Part shown: positions 25,803-38,255 of the stretch, piece by piece | How the letters are laid out: the number at the start of each line of letters is the position of its first letter | Position numbering within the stretch: position 1 is the first letter of the stretch | DNA from: Phoronis australis | Lineage: Eukaryota > Animalia > Phoronida | Reading direction: 5' to 3' | Length of the DNA stretch: 42,843 nt | NCBI GenBank assembly: GCA_002633005.1 | Contig: NMRA01000544.1 | Span: 1-42,843 of the forward strand | Translations under genes and position numbers: made by a program | The notes under the pieces: generated by a model | Databases searched by the model: none | What the model was told of the DNA's origin: nothing | The model's input: only the letters and a program-made list of their open reading frames with translations

Positions 25803-26159
25803 AAACATCTTCCATTGACGGATTTCAGCGTTCTTTGTGTTTGCCTTTGCCCAAATAAGCAATCAATTAAGTTTGAGATGGTTTAATTTTTTCCTGAATT
25901 CTCTAAAGGCCTAGTATAAAATGCACAGATCTAATCATATACTAGTATATATTTGAAGCTTTCTGGTCAACGACTGGAGGTTAAACAGATTATGATTTTA
26001 GGTCCTGTATGGTTGTTCATTTATTGATTATAGTAGCGTGGATATAGGCAGAAAAATATCCCTGTATAGGGCCAGTTGCATGAACATCTTTTTAAGTACT
26101 TGAAATATGATTGTTAATCTCACGCCTGTTTTCTAGAAAAAAATATATAAAATAAAGCA

Positions 26160-26590
26160 AAACGCTGACTGGCCCCGAATTCTTAGGGGAAATTTAAGCA
26201 GTCTTCATAATGTGCAGCGTGAATGGGCAACACACCTTTTCAAAGCTACTGCAATATACTTTCTTGTGTAGGAGGGGAATAAACCTTCCTCGTCCTCTGT
26301 GCTGCGCGTATTTAAACATACGAACAAAAAATCGAAAACTGAAAGCGTTTATCTTATAATATTTGACAAGATCTTTTATCTGGAAGAGTTCCGAAAACAT
26401 TCATAAAAACGAATGAAATGCAGCAAGCTGCCACGATCTCCGTCTTTGTCGTGTTTTGACGGAAGAGAAACAACTAACGGTGAAAGGCACGGAAGATAAG
26501 CTGTCCTCCCCTATCCACCGCTGTAGAAACCAGGTGGCGCTGTGTGCCACGTGCGACAGGGCGTGACGGATCTCGAGTATCTTATCTATG
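26160..26590 (+). repeat. Dispersed repeat, second copy at ~39865-40310; ends in TCTATG-like terminus
   Basis: Shared blocks ctggaagagttccgaaaa, gaatgaaat.cagca.gct.ccac, gaaaggcacgg and tagaaacca..tggcg.tgtgtg in the same order. Confidence 0.8.
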
Positions 26591-27402
26591 ATACAACCAA
26601 CCTACACTATTCAGGACTCAGCAGTTTGACAAAGTTTGCTCGCAACATTTTGTGAGATTTAACTTGTGTAGACTGGTAGCCAAAATTCATCAAAACAGCA
26701 AATTTTGTGTTTGGTCGGTTTTGTAACGAGCCTAATCAAACATTAACAACATAACTCATAGACGAAAGAGAACTTGTATTTTTGCTATTAACATAAAGGC
26801 TGTGTCGGCATATCTGGGAAACATTCTGTAGACGAAAGAAACTCGCAAAAAGCAAGACCACGCAAAAATAAGCATGGGAAATCACCGTGCAAAATTGACG
26901 TCACTGAGAAGTGATTGGTCGGTAATTCGATAGAATTCACCGTTTCCTCTCCTTGAGTGAACATTTATCTCCCGAAGTGCTTGCGTTTGCGTAACGCAAC
27001 CTTTACGTAAAGTTGAGGAGTGTGAAAATTTTGGCATCAGGGAATCCAACAGATGTCGTTGAAGCGGCATTTTACTGAGCGGTCAGAATTGTTGTCCGGT
27101 TAATTTGTTTCAAGAAAGTGACCAAAGGCTTTTAAAGACAGAAATTTCGCGTTACGCTCCCAACTCACAATTTTTTAGCCTAGTAATTATGAGCGTGTCT
27201 CATTCTTGAAAAAATTTATACCGATTATCTCAGTAGCTAGCAGTTATGTGTATATTCTTAGAGACTTAACACTTTTGCTCAAATGAGATTTAATTATTTT
27301 CTGAAATAGTTGTGTGAAGCGTAAGGTTAAATTTCTGAGTTAAATCTTAAGCCACTTGCCATGAAACAGATCCCTGGTTGTATAGTGTTTTTTTTTTGCA
27401 AG

Positions 27403-27524
27403 GATTGATATGGTTGTCGTCAATGGCTACGAGTCAGTTCGAGAGGTACTGGTCGTCAAGGGGAGCGATTTTGCTGGAAGACCAGAAGAATTTCAATTAC
27501 TGAAGAAACATCAGAACAGTTTAG
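27403..27524 (+). CDS. Cytochrome P450 exon 2 (not in ORF track)
   Basis: T-run acceptor ttttttttgcaAG, then (G)IDMVVVNGYESVREVLVVKGSDFAGRPEEFQLLKKHQNSL(G), matching the CYP2 'VVLNGYEAVKEAL..FAGRP' pattern. Donor G|GTATGA. Phases 2 and 1 match the neighbouring exons. Confidence 0.93.
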
Positions 27525-27580
27525 GTATGATGGCTGTTGTCATTGAAATTTTTAGGAAATACAAACAAGTGTAACTGCAT

Positions 27581-28672
27581 GGTGTTCCACTGAAATTGGA
27601 ACCACGGTGTAAAACAGACATCCCGGAGTCGAAAAAAGACTTCTGCACCTTCAAAACAACTAACCAGCTCGAAAAAACACGAACCCGACATCAAAACAGT
27701 ACACCCGGGAACCGAAACCGCACTTTTGGTCAGAGTGATTGCTTTGAGCTCAGAAATTCCAATTGCAAATTCCGTTTTAGTGTTTCTTAAATGTTTATTA
27801 TGAAATATTCAGTAGAATAAATATACACACCCAGAAAGCTCAAAGAGGCATTGTACAGTATATACAGAGAAATCTATATACAAATATTATACACAAATAC
27901 ATAACTTAATAAACTAATGTTAAGATTACAATGACATATGATTACGAATATAAATAAATCATTTTCATACACAATAAGTTATTATACATTATTATTGACG
28001 AACACAAAGAGATTTAATATTAAAAGGAAATTTTAATCCTTTTTTTAATAAAATCTTATTTTTATTTAGGTTGAGTTCTTTACATCCATTTAGATAAAAA
28101 GAATATTTTGTTATACATTTGAGAAATATCTGAATATTTTTTGTAAACATTGGGGTATTATTCGGGTGTCTGGAAAAGCTGTGCTTTCTGCTCCCCGCAT
28201 ATCAATAATGGCGCACAAAAGTCGAAATAATATATTTGTTTTTCATTTTTGAAAATATTTATGGAGAAACTCTTGAATAATCTGAAGTTAACTAAATATT
28301 CACCGCGATAACAACATGTTGAAAGTTAGATTATGAAGACAAGTTGCACTAGTTTTACCGATAAAAATCAAACTAAAAAATCAATATAATGTAATTACGT
28401 TTCATTATTGACATTTTAACAAACAAATGCATAAAATAACCGGAAAGTACTTGAAGATGCTGTAACTCAAATTTTGAAGCTCATGACATCGTCTCACAAA
28501 ATTTGAAAAATTGTTCGGGTTTCCTGTCTGATCCCCGGGATTCCCTTTTTAAAGGTCGGTGTTTGTGTTTTATAGGTCAAAGTTCGTGTTTTTCGGGTTA
28601 GTTAGCTATTTTGAAGGGGCGGAAATCCGGGATATCTGTGTTACACCTGGATTCCAATTTTGATAGAACACC
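27581..28672. mobile_element. Non-autonomous TIR DNA element (~1.1 kb) just downstream of P450 exon 2
   Basis: GGTGTTCCACTGAAATTGGAACCACGGTGTAAAACAGACATCCCGGA... is an imperfect inverted match over ~110 bp to ...TCCGGGATATCTGTGTTACACCTGGATTCCAATTTTGATAGAACACC. Interior very AT-rich and non-coding. Confidence 0.72.
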
Positions 28673-29874
28673 TTTATCTACCACAACATTAAATCCCGAG
28701 TCTGCAGATTCAGTGTTGCTATGGTGTGGTGTATCGTTCCCGCTTGTGCGAAATATGAAGCTGCGACAAAAGCGGGTATTTCGTTTTTGGTATTTCCTTT
28801 ACAGCCCATAATGCTTTAGTCTAGCTGCCAAAAAGTTGACCCTGCAATGTTGTTTACTGTAAAGTTTTCTTTTGGAAATTTATCATGTGTGGTTAGGAGA
28901 ATAAAATTAACTTGATTGCATTTTGTGCAACTTTGAGCATTTTCATAATTCAATGTGGCGGCTTCCGCCATCTTGAATTTCGCCTAATTTCCACACTCTG
29001 AACATGATACCGTGTAGCATACTGGAATTAATGGTTTCCAATGTTTTTTGGGACGGAGAGTCCATTTCTGATATCATGTAATGGATGCAAGGTCAAAGTC
29101 AAGGTCAAATGAGAGGTCAATGGTCACGTTGAACTGAATCAAGGAAAATGCATCTCTTTTAGCGGACGAAATGTTAAATTTATGGGAAATGTGGAATTAT
29201 CATTTGTGTGATTCCATTATACCAAGAATAAGGGACAGCTAAATACTGGAATAAGATATCCTCCCAACATCTCAATAATAAGTTTAAAATATTTTTGTAC
29301 CAGACCTACGCATGCCGCTCAATAGGCCCATCACGACGCTGAGCACCTTCAGTTGAAACAGAGCTGAGGATCTGGGGGCTTGACTCGAGCGACCAACAGT
29401 GTGCCCTGTGTGACTCGAAAACACAACCTTGAGTAGAGCAAGGACACTAAGCCACACTGCCTCCTCGTAGTGAATAGGGGTATGTGTATAGACTACATGT
29501 ACGCGTAATACGGACAGGTTTTTTATACATGTATGTAGACTAGGATGTGCACTATTATTAATCCAAGGAAAACTCATAAATTACATGTATGACTTCTGGA
29601 ACTTACTTCCCGACTGGCTTCTTCTACTGGTGATTGATGACTCACTGGTTCTTGAGAAAATCCCCCTCCCCCCCTGCGTCTGTGTTCATGGAGAACAGCT
29701 TCAGGGCAGTTGATCAGGGTCGCTAACTGAAAGAAGTTCAACTTGATACCTTCGTGTGTACTCAGAGAGGGGTTATGGGCGTGTCTGGCAGCTCGTTCAA
29801 ACCAAGAACTTTTCTTTGTTTTGTCCATTACCCTCACCGGCGTCTTGTGACCTCTCATGGTGGCGGCACTTTTT

Positions 29875-30086
29875 TCAGGTCAAATCTCTAAAATGTTCCA
29901 TTATGTCCAAAATACTACCATTCCACTTCTCTATTTGAGTCTTGGCGTCAACTGTCATCTTAGACGCCCCATAAATCAAGAGCTCGGGGACGTCAGTGTT
30001 GTCACAAGTGATTCTGAGGGGGTGGGTGCCTTCTTCCACCACTTTCAACATTTACCTATACAACCTCTAGCTTCAGCATGTGTGAT
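29875..30086 (-). pseudogene. Remnant of XPG/PIN-like nuclease domain of an Academ-type transposase
   Basis: Minus strand reads ITHAEA, a frameshift, then MLKVVEEGTHPLRITCDNTDVPELLIYGASKMTVDAKTQIEKWNGSILDI. This resembles the 'HEEAD...VxSDDTDVxxLL' acidic motifs of Academ XPG-like domains. Confidence 0.62.
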
Positions 30087-30521
30087 TACACAGTGGCTCT
30101 TCTTGACCCGCTCGATGTTGAATAGAATGGAATAGCTTCATACACATAGAAGGTTGTTTAACATAGCGTTATTTAGAATAATTTAGCTCCAAAAACGGAT
30201 GTTTGGGAACTGGGGTTAGCATGATTTCCTCAACTTTCCCTCATGTTATCGTGTAATGGTCCTTTGTGTAGGGATCTTAGTGGTCACATTTTTCAAAGCG
30301 AATAATTGTTTCACAAGCGGGAGGACAGGGAGCTAGTAGGGTGCCGAGGATTTTACCTGAATCTCCTGTAGTTCTGAAAACACTCAAAACGACCAGGTAC
30401 AAAAGCTGGGCAACAGCACCCAACTCCACCTCCGGACCAGAATGATTTGGGACATAACGCGAAGAGATTTGACCAAAATGGCTTTGTGACCCTTCCTCAG
30501 ACTGTCGTATTTGTCGATCTG

Positions 30522-30768
30522 GGGCCCGTTCCAACAAAACTGACTTAGCTAAGACAAAAATCTTAAATCTTAGTAATTAAGAGAAGACTTAAATTTGCCT
30601 CTATACCGTTTCAAGAAAGAGATCATAAGTTTGAATTAAATTTTTGATAAAAGTTTTGTCTTAATTTTGACTATCTTACCGGATGTGGAATTTTCAAAGT
30701 ATGGAAGTTAAGACAAATCTTAGACTTAAGTAAAAAATTAACTTAAGTCAGTTTCTTGGAACGGGCCC
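30522..30768. mobile_element. PIF/Harbinger-type MITE nested in the Academ-like element
   Basis: TIRs GGGCCCGTTCCAACAAAACTGACTTA ... TAAGTCAGTTTCTTGGAACGGGCCC. Flanks CTG/ATG. Interior rich in CTTAAG motifs. Confidence 0.8.
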
Positions 30769-30789
30769 ATGGCAGGGAGTGGACTCAAT

Positions 30790-31430
30790 AAGTTCATACT
30801 GAAAGATATCAGCTATGTTAATGTTACATCGCTGTCTTACGACTAACAGGCAACCGAACAGCGTCTCAACGCAGTGGCCTTCCTTCGGCAGTAAGGCTTC
30901 TTCAGCAACTATAGTATTTTGACTTTTTCTTAAATTGCTTTGCAACATTCACTGCTTACCAAATCTGATTACTTTGCTCATGCCCAATGACCAGCTCGTA
31001 CTGGAATTTACTCGGCGATTGCAGATGTTATGGATATATGATTACTGGTCAGTGAGCGGGTATCTGTGCTTCTCTATCTCCTCCGAAACCTTTCTCTAGT
31101 CTTCCTCGTTCAGGTCCTCTCCTCCCTTCATGTACTTTAGTCTTTTTCTGTCACTCCACTACATGACGTTTGCTCTTCACCACCTTCGTTCCACATTACT
31201 TATGTTCTCCATGGCAGTATCAAGGTGGGTGCACCCACTGAAACTTGGTATCCACTTGTCCACTTACTTGCTCGGCTCTCATTAAAATGCCCCTTGTGAT
31301 CCCAGAACCTTTTACTCGTTTGATTTACAGTATCCCTGTTCTTCGAATTGGTCAGCTGGTACTACAGCCTTGTCATCCAAGTGTTGACTGCTGTGCGCAG
31401 CTTCGAGTAGAACTTTTTTACTATTGGACC
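30790..31430 (-). mobile_element. Possible decayed Penelope-like element 3' end (GIY-YIG remnant)
   Basis: Broken minus-strand peptides YQLTNSKNRDTVNQTSKRFWDHK ... RLKYMKGGEDLNEED, followed by gaagaagcc...gaaggcc...gttgagacg, reminiscent of Penelope terminal repeats. Heavily degraded. Confidence 0.3.
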
Positions 31431-34418
31431 CAGCAAACTTCAATATAAACTTCAAAAGAACTCTGTCAAGCTGCTAAACTTGGCATAAACTTCTTGCCAG
31501 AAATGTTTGGCACCTTAGTCGAACACTTATCGCACGTTTGTCGAATTTTTGTCGTAGTTTAGGTTGACGTTATTGCGCCTAGCCGTTTATTGTTAATTTA
31601 TGAATGGAGTTACGTGCAAATTGTGAAATTTAAGACAACGTATATGGAGGCGCTATCATATTCTAGTCGAAAAGAATTTCCACGTTTATGATGACCTGCT
31701 GTAATAAAATATATCAACATCTCCTTGAGACAGGGTTGTTGGAGGAAAAAGTTAAGGCAGAAACATGAGAGACAGCAGTGTTGACCAGTCTACCGATGTG
31801 GGTGGTTATTGACCGTCTCCAGGTAAACCATCAGCTCTACAAAAGACTTGGTCCCATTTGAGTAGACATTGAGTAAAAACATGGCTGTGATGAGATTGTA
31901 TACCTACAGTGCATCGGTTCTAGCCTGTCCGTTGACTATACTGGTGTGTAACGGGTTACTACTCCGATGGTCCACCACTCCGAAATAAACAGCTACTCCG
32001 AAGGTCCACTACTCCAAAAAACACTGTAACTACTACTTTTTTACTCGACCTTCCTAAATTTTCTCAAACTTTCACGAATGGTTTATTAACTTGTTACTTA
32101 CTAACAAAATACCCACACAAAAAATAAATTTGGACAATGAAGTCCAATGATTTATTTCTAAAATTATTACAAACGTAACGGAGAAAATGAAAAATAATGA
32201 GATGAGAAACTAAATGTCAGAAGTTTGCTAGGCAGTTTTGACTTTGACATCCAGGTTGATCTTTAAAATAACCCCGTATTAATAAAATAACACCAGAAAT
32301 GGACTCCTCATCCTAGAAAATGGTACAAACAATGTATTACATGACCCTGTTAGTTATCAAATTGAAAAAACTTAAGTGGGTCGAAATTCAAAATAGCGGA
32401 ATCCGCCATCTTGAATTACACAAAATGCTCAAAGTTGCCCTAAGTGCAACCATTAAGCTAATTTTGTTCTCCTAATCATATTTAATATATTTCACCAAAA
32501 AAATTTACAGTAATCAACATTGCAGGGGGTTATTGGGCTGGCAACTAGACTACTTCGGAAGTGGCTTGCGGTAGTGAAGAATGAAAAGTACATCGTTAAT
32601 ACCGTGAGAGTTCTGCGTGGCCTGCATTTCATCGGATCGGTAGTTGATCGGTTTTTGACTTTGGAGAATTGTAGTTGGCCATGAAAACATAAACAATTGC
32701 AATTAATTCAAGGTTTTGTATAACTTGTTTGATGACCGACTCGTTCGTGAGGCTTCTGTTTGGGTGTAGGATGTTTTCGCCAGTTCTTTTTCTCAACCCT
32801 AAAAATGTCATAAGCACACCTATGTTTAGACGCGGTGCAAAATCAGGATGGTCCGTAAGACACATCTGCTCTTCTCCAAGAGGGCGTTTCACTAGCAAAC
32901 ACAACGTCAGTCGTTTCCATTATCGTGCAGTTAGCTTACTGACGCCATGGCAAGTCATTCAAACGGTTTTCGGAACCATTCATTTGTTCCGATGTCTGGG
33001 CACGTTCACGGAGCCTCTCTGTTATTTCTTGACCAGTGTATTCCGGTTCGAACTGATAGCCTGTGAAACCTAACGATCGGTTTTCGTCGGATGACCACTC
33101 GTCTAAGTCAGAAGTGCGAGTTGATGTTTATTAATTACTGTATGTTCTGTTTCAAAATGAGTTATTCTCACCCTAACCAATGCTTGTAACAAACTGAAAC
33201 AAAGTCTGTCTCATTTGACACAATTTGCAATACCTTGGAGTGTTCGTGAGTGCAAATGTTTTGAGAACCAGCAATGAATAAATCACTGCGTTACCGCCTT
33301 TAGATGCACCGAGGCAGTGTGAGCACATGCTAATTCAGTGTTTGCTGATAGAAAGCTGTTGTGAAACACTATAATTGGATTTTATATCCTATGGTTAGAT
33401 GTTAAGGGAATCTTTATTTAGATATTCATATACATTATTCGAATCATTGTTAACTTAATTTTGCCCTGACGTTCTGTGGAAGGGTAACCTGACTTCGCGG
33501 CGCCCCACGAGCTAGAAAGTAGATTTGCAGTTTCTTGGCTAATTCACCAAAATAATCACATGCACATTTTTTCTTTGGCTCTGTCACTAGTATAGTCTAG
33601 TTTAGTTACCAACTTTGGCTGGTTTATGTTCGTGGTGTCTTCAGGCCGGCCGCGATGGGCCTGGTCGGTTCCAATCGGAGACACTTGCTGGGATAGCAAG
33701 CGTTTTGTGTGTTTAGAACTGAAAAATCGCGTCTAAAATTACAACACACAGCTATTTTCTCCTGTCTGTATTTAACGGAAGAAAAATTTGAGTTTATCAC
33801 CGAACAGACACCAAAGTCCCGCAACCGACATTGGTAAATTGGCTTACCTAACTTTGTAGGCTACGATACGTTCAAATACCTAGAAATCCGTAACAACGAA
33901 ATAAAATAACACATTTTTTTCAATAAGTCTGTGTACTTGTAAGGGTTTTACTTCGAACTTTTGTGATTTATTACTGTAAAACGATTAATTCAAGCGTTAA
34001 GCTGACACCAGTAAGTGTGTTGTGAACTGCTGAACAGACTGCATTCGAACCTATGACGTCATTGGTTAATTTCAACACCTCCGTCTGTCGTCAGATGTCA
34101 GGTAAAAGAGATGTATTTGCTTTTATCGAATGGAGCTACTCGATCTAAATTGATACAAACTAGGTTGTTTTTGGATGACATTCTCCTTTAATCCGGCTCT
34201 GTAATCATCACTAAGAAGAATGAACAAAGTAAAAAAGCGAAAAGAAGTACAGTCAGAGCTGGGAAAGGGATTGGGGAAAGCGAGTGGAGAAGGAGAATAT
34301 TGGGAAAGGGATTGGGCAAGCAGGCGGAGACGTTAACGCGGACGTGCCATTATTGTATATCCATAAATGAAGCGTGTCCATAACTGTGCATCTCATAAAA
34401 TTTGACGTTTCGTTAAAG

Positions 34419-34674
34419 GAATTCTGGACGGTGACTATAATAATCAGTGGAAGGAACAAAGACGATTCTCGCTGCAAAATCTAAAAGTGTTTGGCTTTGG
34501 AAAACGTCGGTTTGAAGGCAACATTATCAAGGAGATCAGTTGCCTAGTGCAAGAACTGAGAAATAAAAACTGCCAACCTTTTGCCATCAATCATCTCTTC
34601 GCTGTTTGCACTTCAAACGTAATTTGTTCCATGGCCTTTGGTGAGAGATTTGACTACAATGATCAAACCTTCAA
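34419..34674 (+). CDS. Cytochrome P450 exon 3
   Basis: (G)ILDGDYNNQWKEQRRFSLQNLKVFGFGKRRFE...SNVICSMAFGERFDYNDQTF(K): C-helix WxxxR and 'SNVICS..FG.RFDY.D'. Acceptor ttaaAG, donor AA|GTAAGT. Phases 1 and 2 match. Confidence 0.93.
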
Positions 34675-35511
34675 GTAAGTTATTGTGCATGTATGAATTG
34701 AGGTGTTGAGATTGTACGATCATTCCAGACGACTTTGAATACTGATCAAAAAGCGGTCAACTAGATACCATAGACGATGGTGTAAATAATCAATAAATAT
34801 TTAGGGATTAAAGCTCGAGATTAGTCGATTTCATTTTATTTACCTCATTTGTTGGTGTGAGAGTGGACATTCCGTACCTTTCTTAAAGTGATAAGTCGGG
34901 TTCACCAGGAGATATTTATTATAAGATAATTTATGCTTGTATTGAATTGAAAAGTGTTTTGAAACCAGTATTACTGATAAGCTTATGTGGTAGGATTCAT
35001 GAATTACGAGGGGGCCTATTCAGACACACCGGTTGTGTATAATGAAGCCTAGTTTTCTAAATCGGCAATCTGTGCTAACACTTCATATTTGCAGTACGTT
35101 AAAGTTTAGAGAAGTAATATCGCCTCTAGGTGTGCGTATTTCCAAGTTGTTCCAATCTTGAAAAAGGTTTTTCACTAATTTGATTTTCGTAGACTTGAAA
35201 TGTAATAAAACAGCTCGTGAGTTTTCACTTGCTATATAATTCTTAACTATTGCAAGTTGTTTTGGTTTACGTCCCATTTGAGCACAAGTCACCCAGACAG
35301 CTTGGACTTTACAAAGATTGACAATTACATTAACGTTGTTCATTGAGATAGTTCCACGCATGTTCAGCTGTCGCTTTTCGCGAGATAACACCTTCCCTCA
35401 CTTCCTCGTTGTGTCAGAAATTGTCAGATAATGGATGTTATGAGTATCAGTGTAGTGACACTACGTTGTTACGGCATTTGTAACTTGCTTCCAACCTTCA
35501 ACCTTTTCTAG

Positions 35512-36073
35512 GTACTTACTTGACGCCTTAATGAGGTATTTCGACACACGAGCTCAGCCACCGATATCGGAGTTACAGAGTTATCTGAGATGGATGCCGA
35601 GCGCAAGAAACTATCGCAAGAAAGTCATCAAATACAGCAACCAGCTACTTGACTTCTGTCAAAGTAGAATAGACGAACATATTCAAACTTTCAACAAGGA
35701 CAATCTACGGGATTTTGTAGATGGTTACTTAGCTGAGATTAACACTACCTCAAGCAAATCGTATTCTGTGGAGCAGCTCAAGCGGATCTTATTTGAGATA
35801 TTCGTCGGCGGGACGGAGACTACTTCAACTTTTCTCCAGTGGTCCATGATTTACATGGCCAACAATCCAGCTGTTCAAGACAAGGTCAAGGCCGAGTTGG
35901 ATGCAGTGTTTGGAACCGGCATGTCTTCATTGCAAGAGAGGCACCGGCTTCCTTACACTGAGGCGACGCTTTTGGAACTACAGCGGATCTCTTCAGTTCT
36001 TACGCTGACGCCGTTCCATAAAGCTCTGAAGGACACTGAAGTTGGTGGTGTCCCTGTACCTGCCAACACTATG
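35512..36073 (+). CDS. Cytochrome P450 exon 4 (F-K helices)
   Basis: Acceptor ttttctAG. Contains RDFVDGYL, I-helix EIFVGGTETTS, 'P.VQ.KV..ELD', 'LPYTEATLLELQR' (ExxR) and 'VPANTM'. Donor ATG|GTATAA, phase 0. Confidence 0.96.
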
Positions 36074-37675
36074 GTATAATTTAAAATTCTTTCATTTTCT
36101 AAGTATTTTATAAACTCAATAACTGAATTTTAGTCTTAGCCATTCCATCATAATCGTCACCAGTCAACACTCATCGCCATTTGCATCAGCGTAACCATCA
36201 CTATAGTCACCATCACCTCCGTCATGAACACCATCGTCATCATGCTCTCCGTCATTCTGAACAACTGTACTATGAATGAGGAATATGAAATGAGATCACT
36301 TGTGTTTGGATAGCTCCTTGATTCTGAACTTCTATTCTCAACAGCACGCCTTGCCTAAATTCTATAAAACGGTCGCAATTGTCCACTCGCAGATTTCTAT
36401 TTTAGTAAGTTTGATGGATAGTTAGTAGTTAGGTCTATGATGACATAAACTCTCCAAAAGCAGACGATAATCGTACCCACGTGACCCAATTATGTCCACT
36501 GATCGGGATCGTGAACACGGTGTAACTTTCACCGCTGTGTTCGTAGTTTTCATAACACTATTCTTCCTGGACCTGGTTGTATAAAAGTTGCTGGATATCA
36601 ACCGAGACGTCGGATTATCACACGGTGCTAATATTGAGCAATGTACTTGGTGTCATGCAACAATGTAACTTATTCAACGGATATGCTTTAGGTTTTATGA
36701 AACCGAGCCGCGAAGGGGAATCAGCAACACCCATATTCGTTAGACTCAGTTTTCACTTTGCCTATCAGAACACACCTCAATGGACTCGTCACCCTTTCTT
36801 CACTCTGTCAAATACTGTATGCAAAGAACGAAAACATTTTGAGCCTATTAATTCATATCCTTAGCCCTACAGGTGAGCACAGAAACTTTATTCTCTCTTT
36901 CATTTTTTACCCTTTCACTTCTACTAAAAATCAAGGTGGACTGAGAAAAAAGGGGTGAAAACGCAAAATTAGCATTTTTCGCACCAACACCACCATTTTC
37001 TTGCCTATGCTCTACTAAATCCAACATTAGATTTTGAAAGCAAATTTCTACAATTGTGGTCCAAAAGTACTATCAACCAACTAGATTTTTTTTGCAAATC
37101 TGGCTTGTTTGAGGGCTACATGAAATCGCAACCAATTTCTCAGTCGCTACCCAGCAATGCACAATTGCAACAAGGCGCAGCAATCTTGAAGAACTGCGCA
37201 GCTACAGCCGAGTAAGTGGTATTTTTTCAATCTCATCATGTTCACAAATACATGTACAAACAAACCAGCTTCATTTAGCTTACATGCAATACATACCCGA
37301 AATGCCTCCAAGCCTGGCCTATGTTAGTCCCTCTGCTGTCAGTGATATACAACAATTTCATTTTATGTAAAATTTTCTGGAGCATTGTATTACACCTCCC
37401 TGTAAACAAATGGATACGAGCATCATCTGGACAAATTACGCTTGTCAAGGACTGGTTTGACTGTTTACAATTTTTTAACACGACAAAAACAAATACATCT
37501 TTACTGTCGCTTTAAAAGCATAAATGACATTAACAGATTAAGAAAAGGTGGATTATGGTCCTTCACAAAACCTACTACTGATTTTACTCTCCCTACATAT
37601 TTAGATGGGCTTTTTGAGAGTTATCAATAACTGTTCTCCTCTTTGCCCATGCAGTTTCTCTGTACTGTTTTTCAG

Positions 37676-37808
37676 GTTGCTGTTAACCTATACTCCGTGT
37701 TGTATGATCCTGCTTTGTTCCCTGATCCGGAAGAGTTTCGACCCGAGAGATTCCTGACCAGCGACTTCAGGTTCGAGCGCAACGAGCGTGTTATACCCTT
37801 TGGATTAG
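37676..37808 (+). CDS. Cytochrome P450 exon 5 (PERF region, start of heme loop), copy 1
   Basis: Acceptor tttttcAG, then VAVNLYSVLYDPALFPDPEEFRPERFL...VIPFGL(G). Donor G|GTAAGG falls just before the expected xRxCxG motif. Confidence 0.94.
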
Positions 37809-38043
37809 GTAAGGCCAAGACAGTAATCCATTTCATTTGACGTACCTTCCACTTCAATAAGATGCCCAGCCGAAATTTTGTGCTGTTCCACACAACCTAA
37901 GGTCTCCCAGTGATCCCCCAATTTAACTCGAAACTCGACTCGATAATTCACCAATCGCGTGGCAGGCTTTAAGTAAATTTCACGTTTCATGGTATATGAT
38001 TGCTTAATTTTCTGATCGAGTCTCGTATAAAGTTTGGTGGTCA

Positions 38044-38069
38044 TAATAATATTTATAATAATAATGATA

Positions 38070-38100
<31 letters not shown>

Positions 38101-38114
38101 TAAATAATAATAAT
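38044..38114. repeat. (ATA/ATG)n trinucleotide microsatellite (also ~38935-39004)
   Basis: ataataatgata... run. It produces the spurious poly-Ile ORFs on the minus strand. Confidence 0.95.
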
Positions 38115-38255
38115 AGATATATTAGAATCACACAATTACCGAGAAATAAATGAAAAACATAAAAACACAAGACAAAAAAATAAAAGTACAAGAGCAAGGC
38201 TCTGATAACATAAGAAATCAAAGACTCCTTTCCATTATGGTCCGTCACAGGGCCT

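Larger units (their letters stand above)
28817..32552 (-). mobile_element. Academ-like DNA transposon (decayed), 3.7 kb, in P450 intron 2
   Basis: Termini TAGTCTAGCTGCC ... GGCAACTAGACTA. Imperfect inverted arms of ~300 bp (28817-~29120 vs ~32235-32552). 3 bp direct repeat CTT on both flanks (28814-16, 32553-55). Internal XPG-like coding remnant on the minus strand. Confidence 0.75.
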
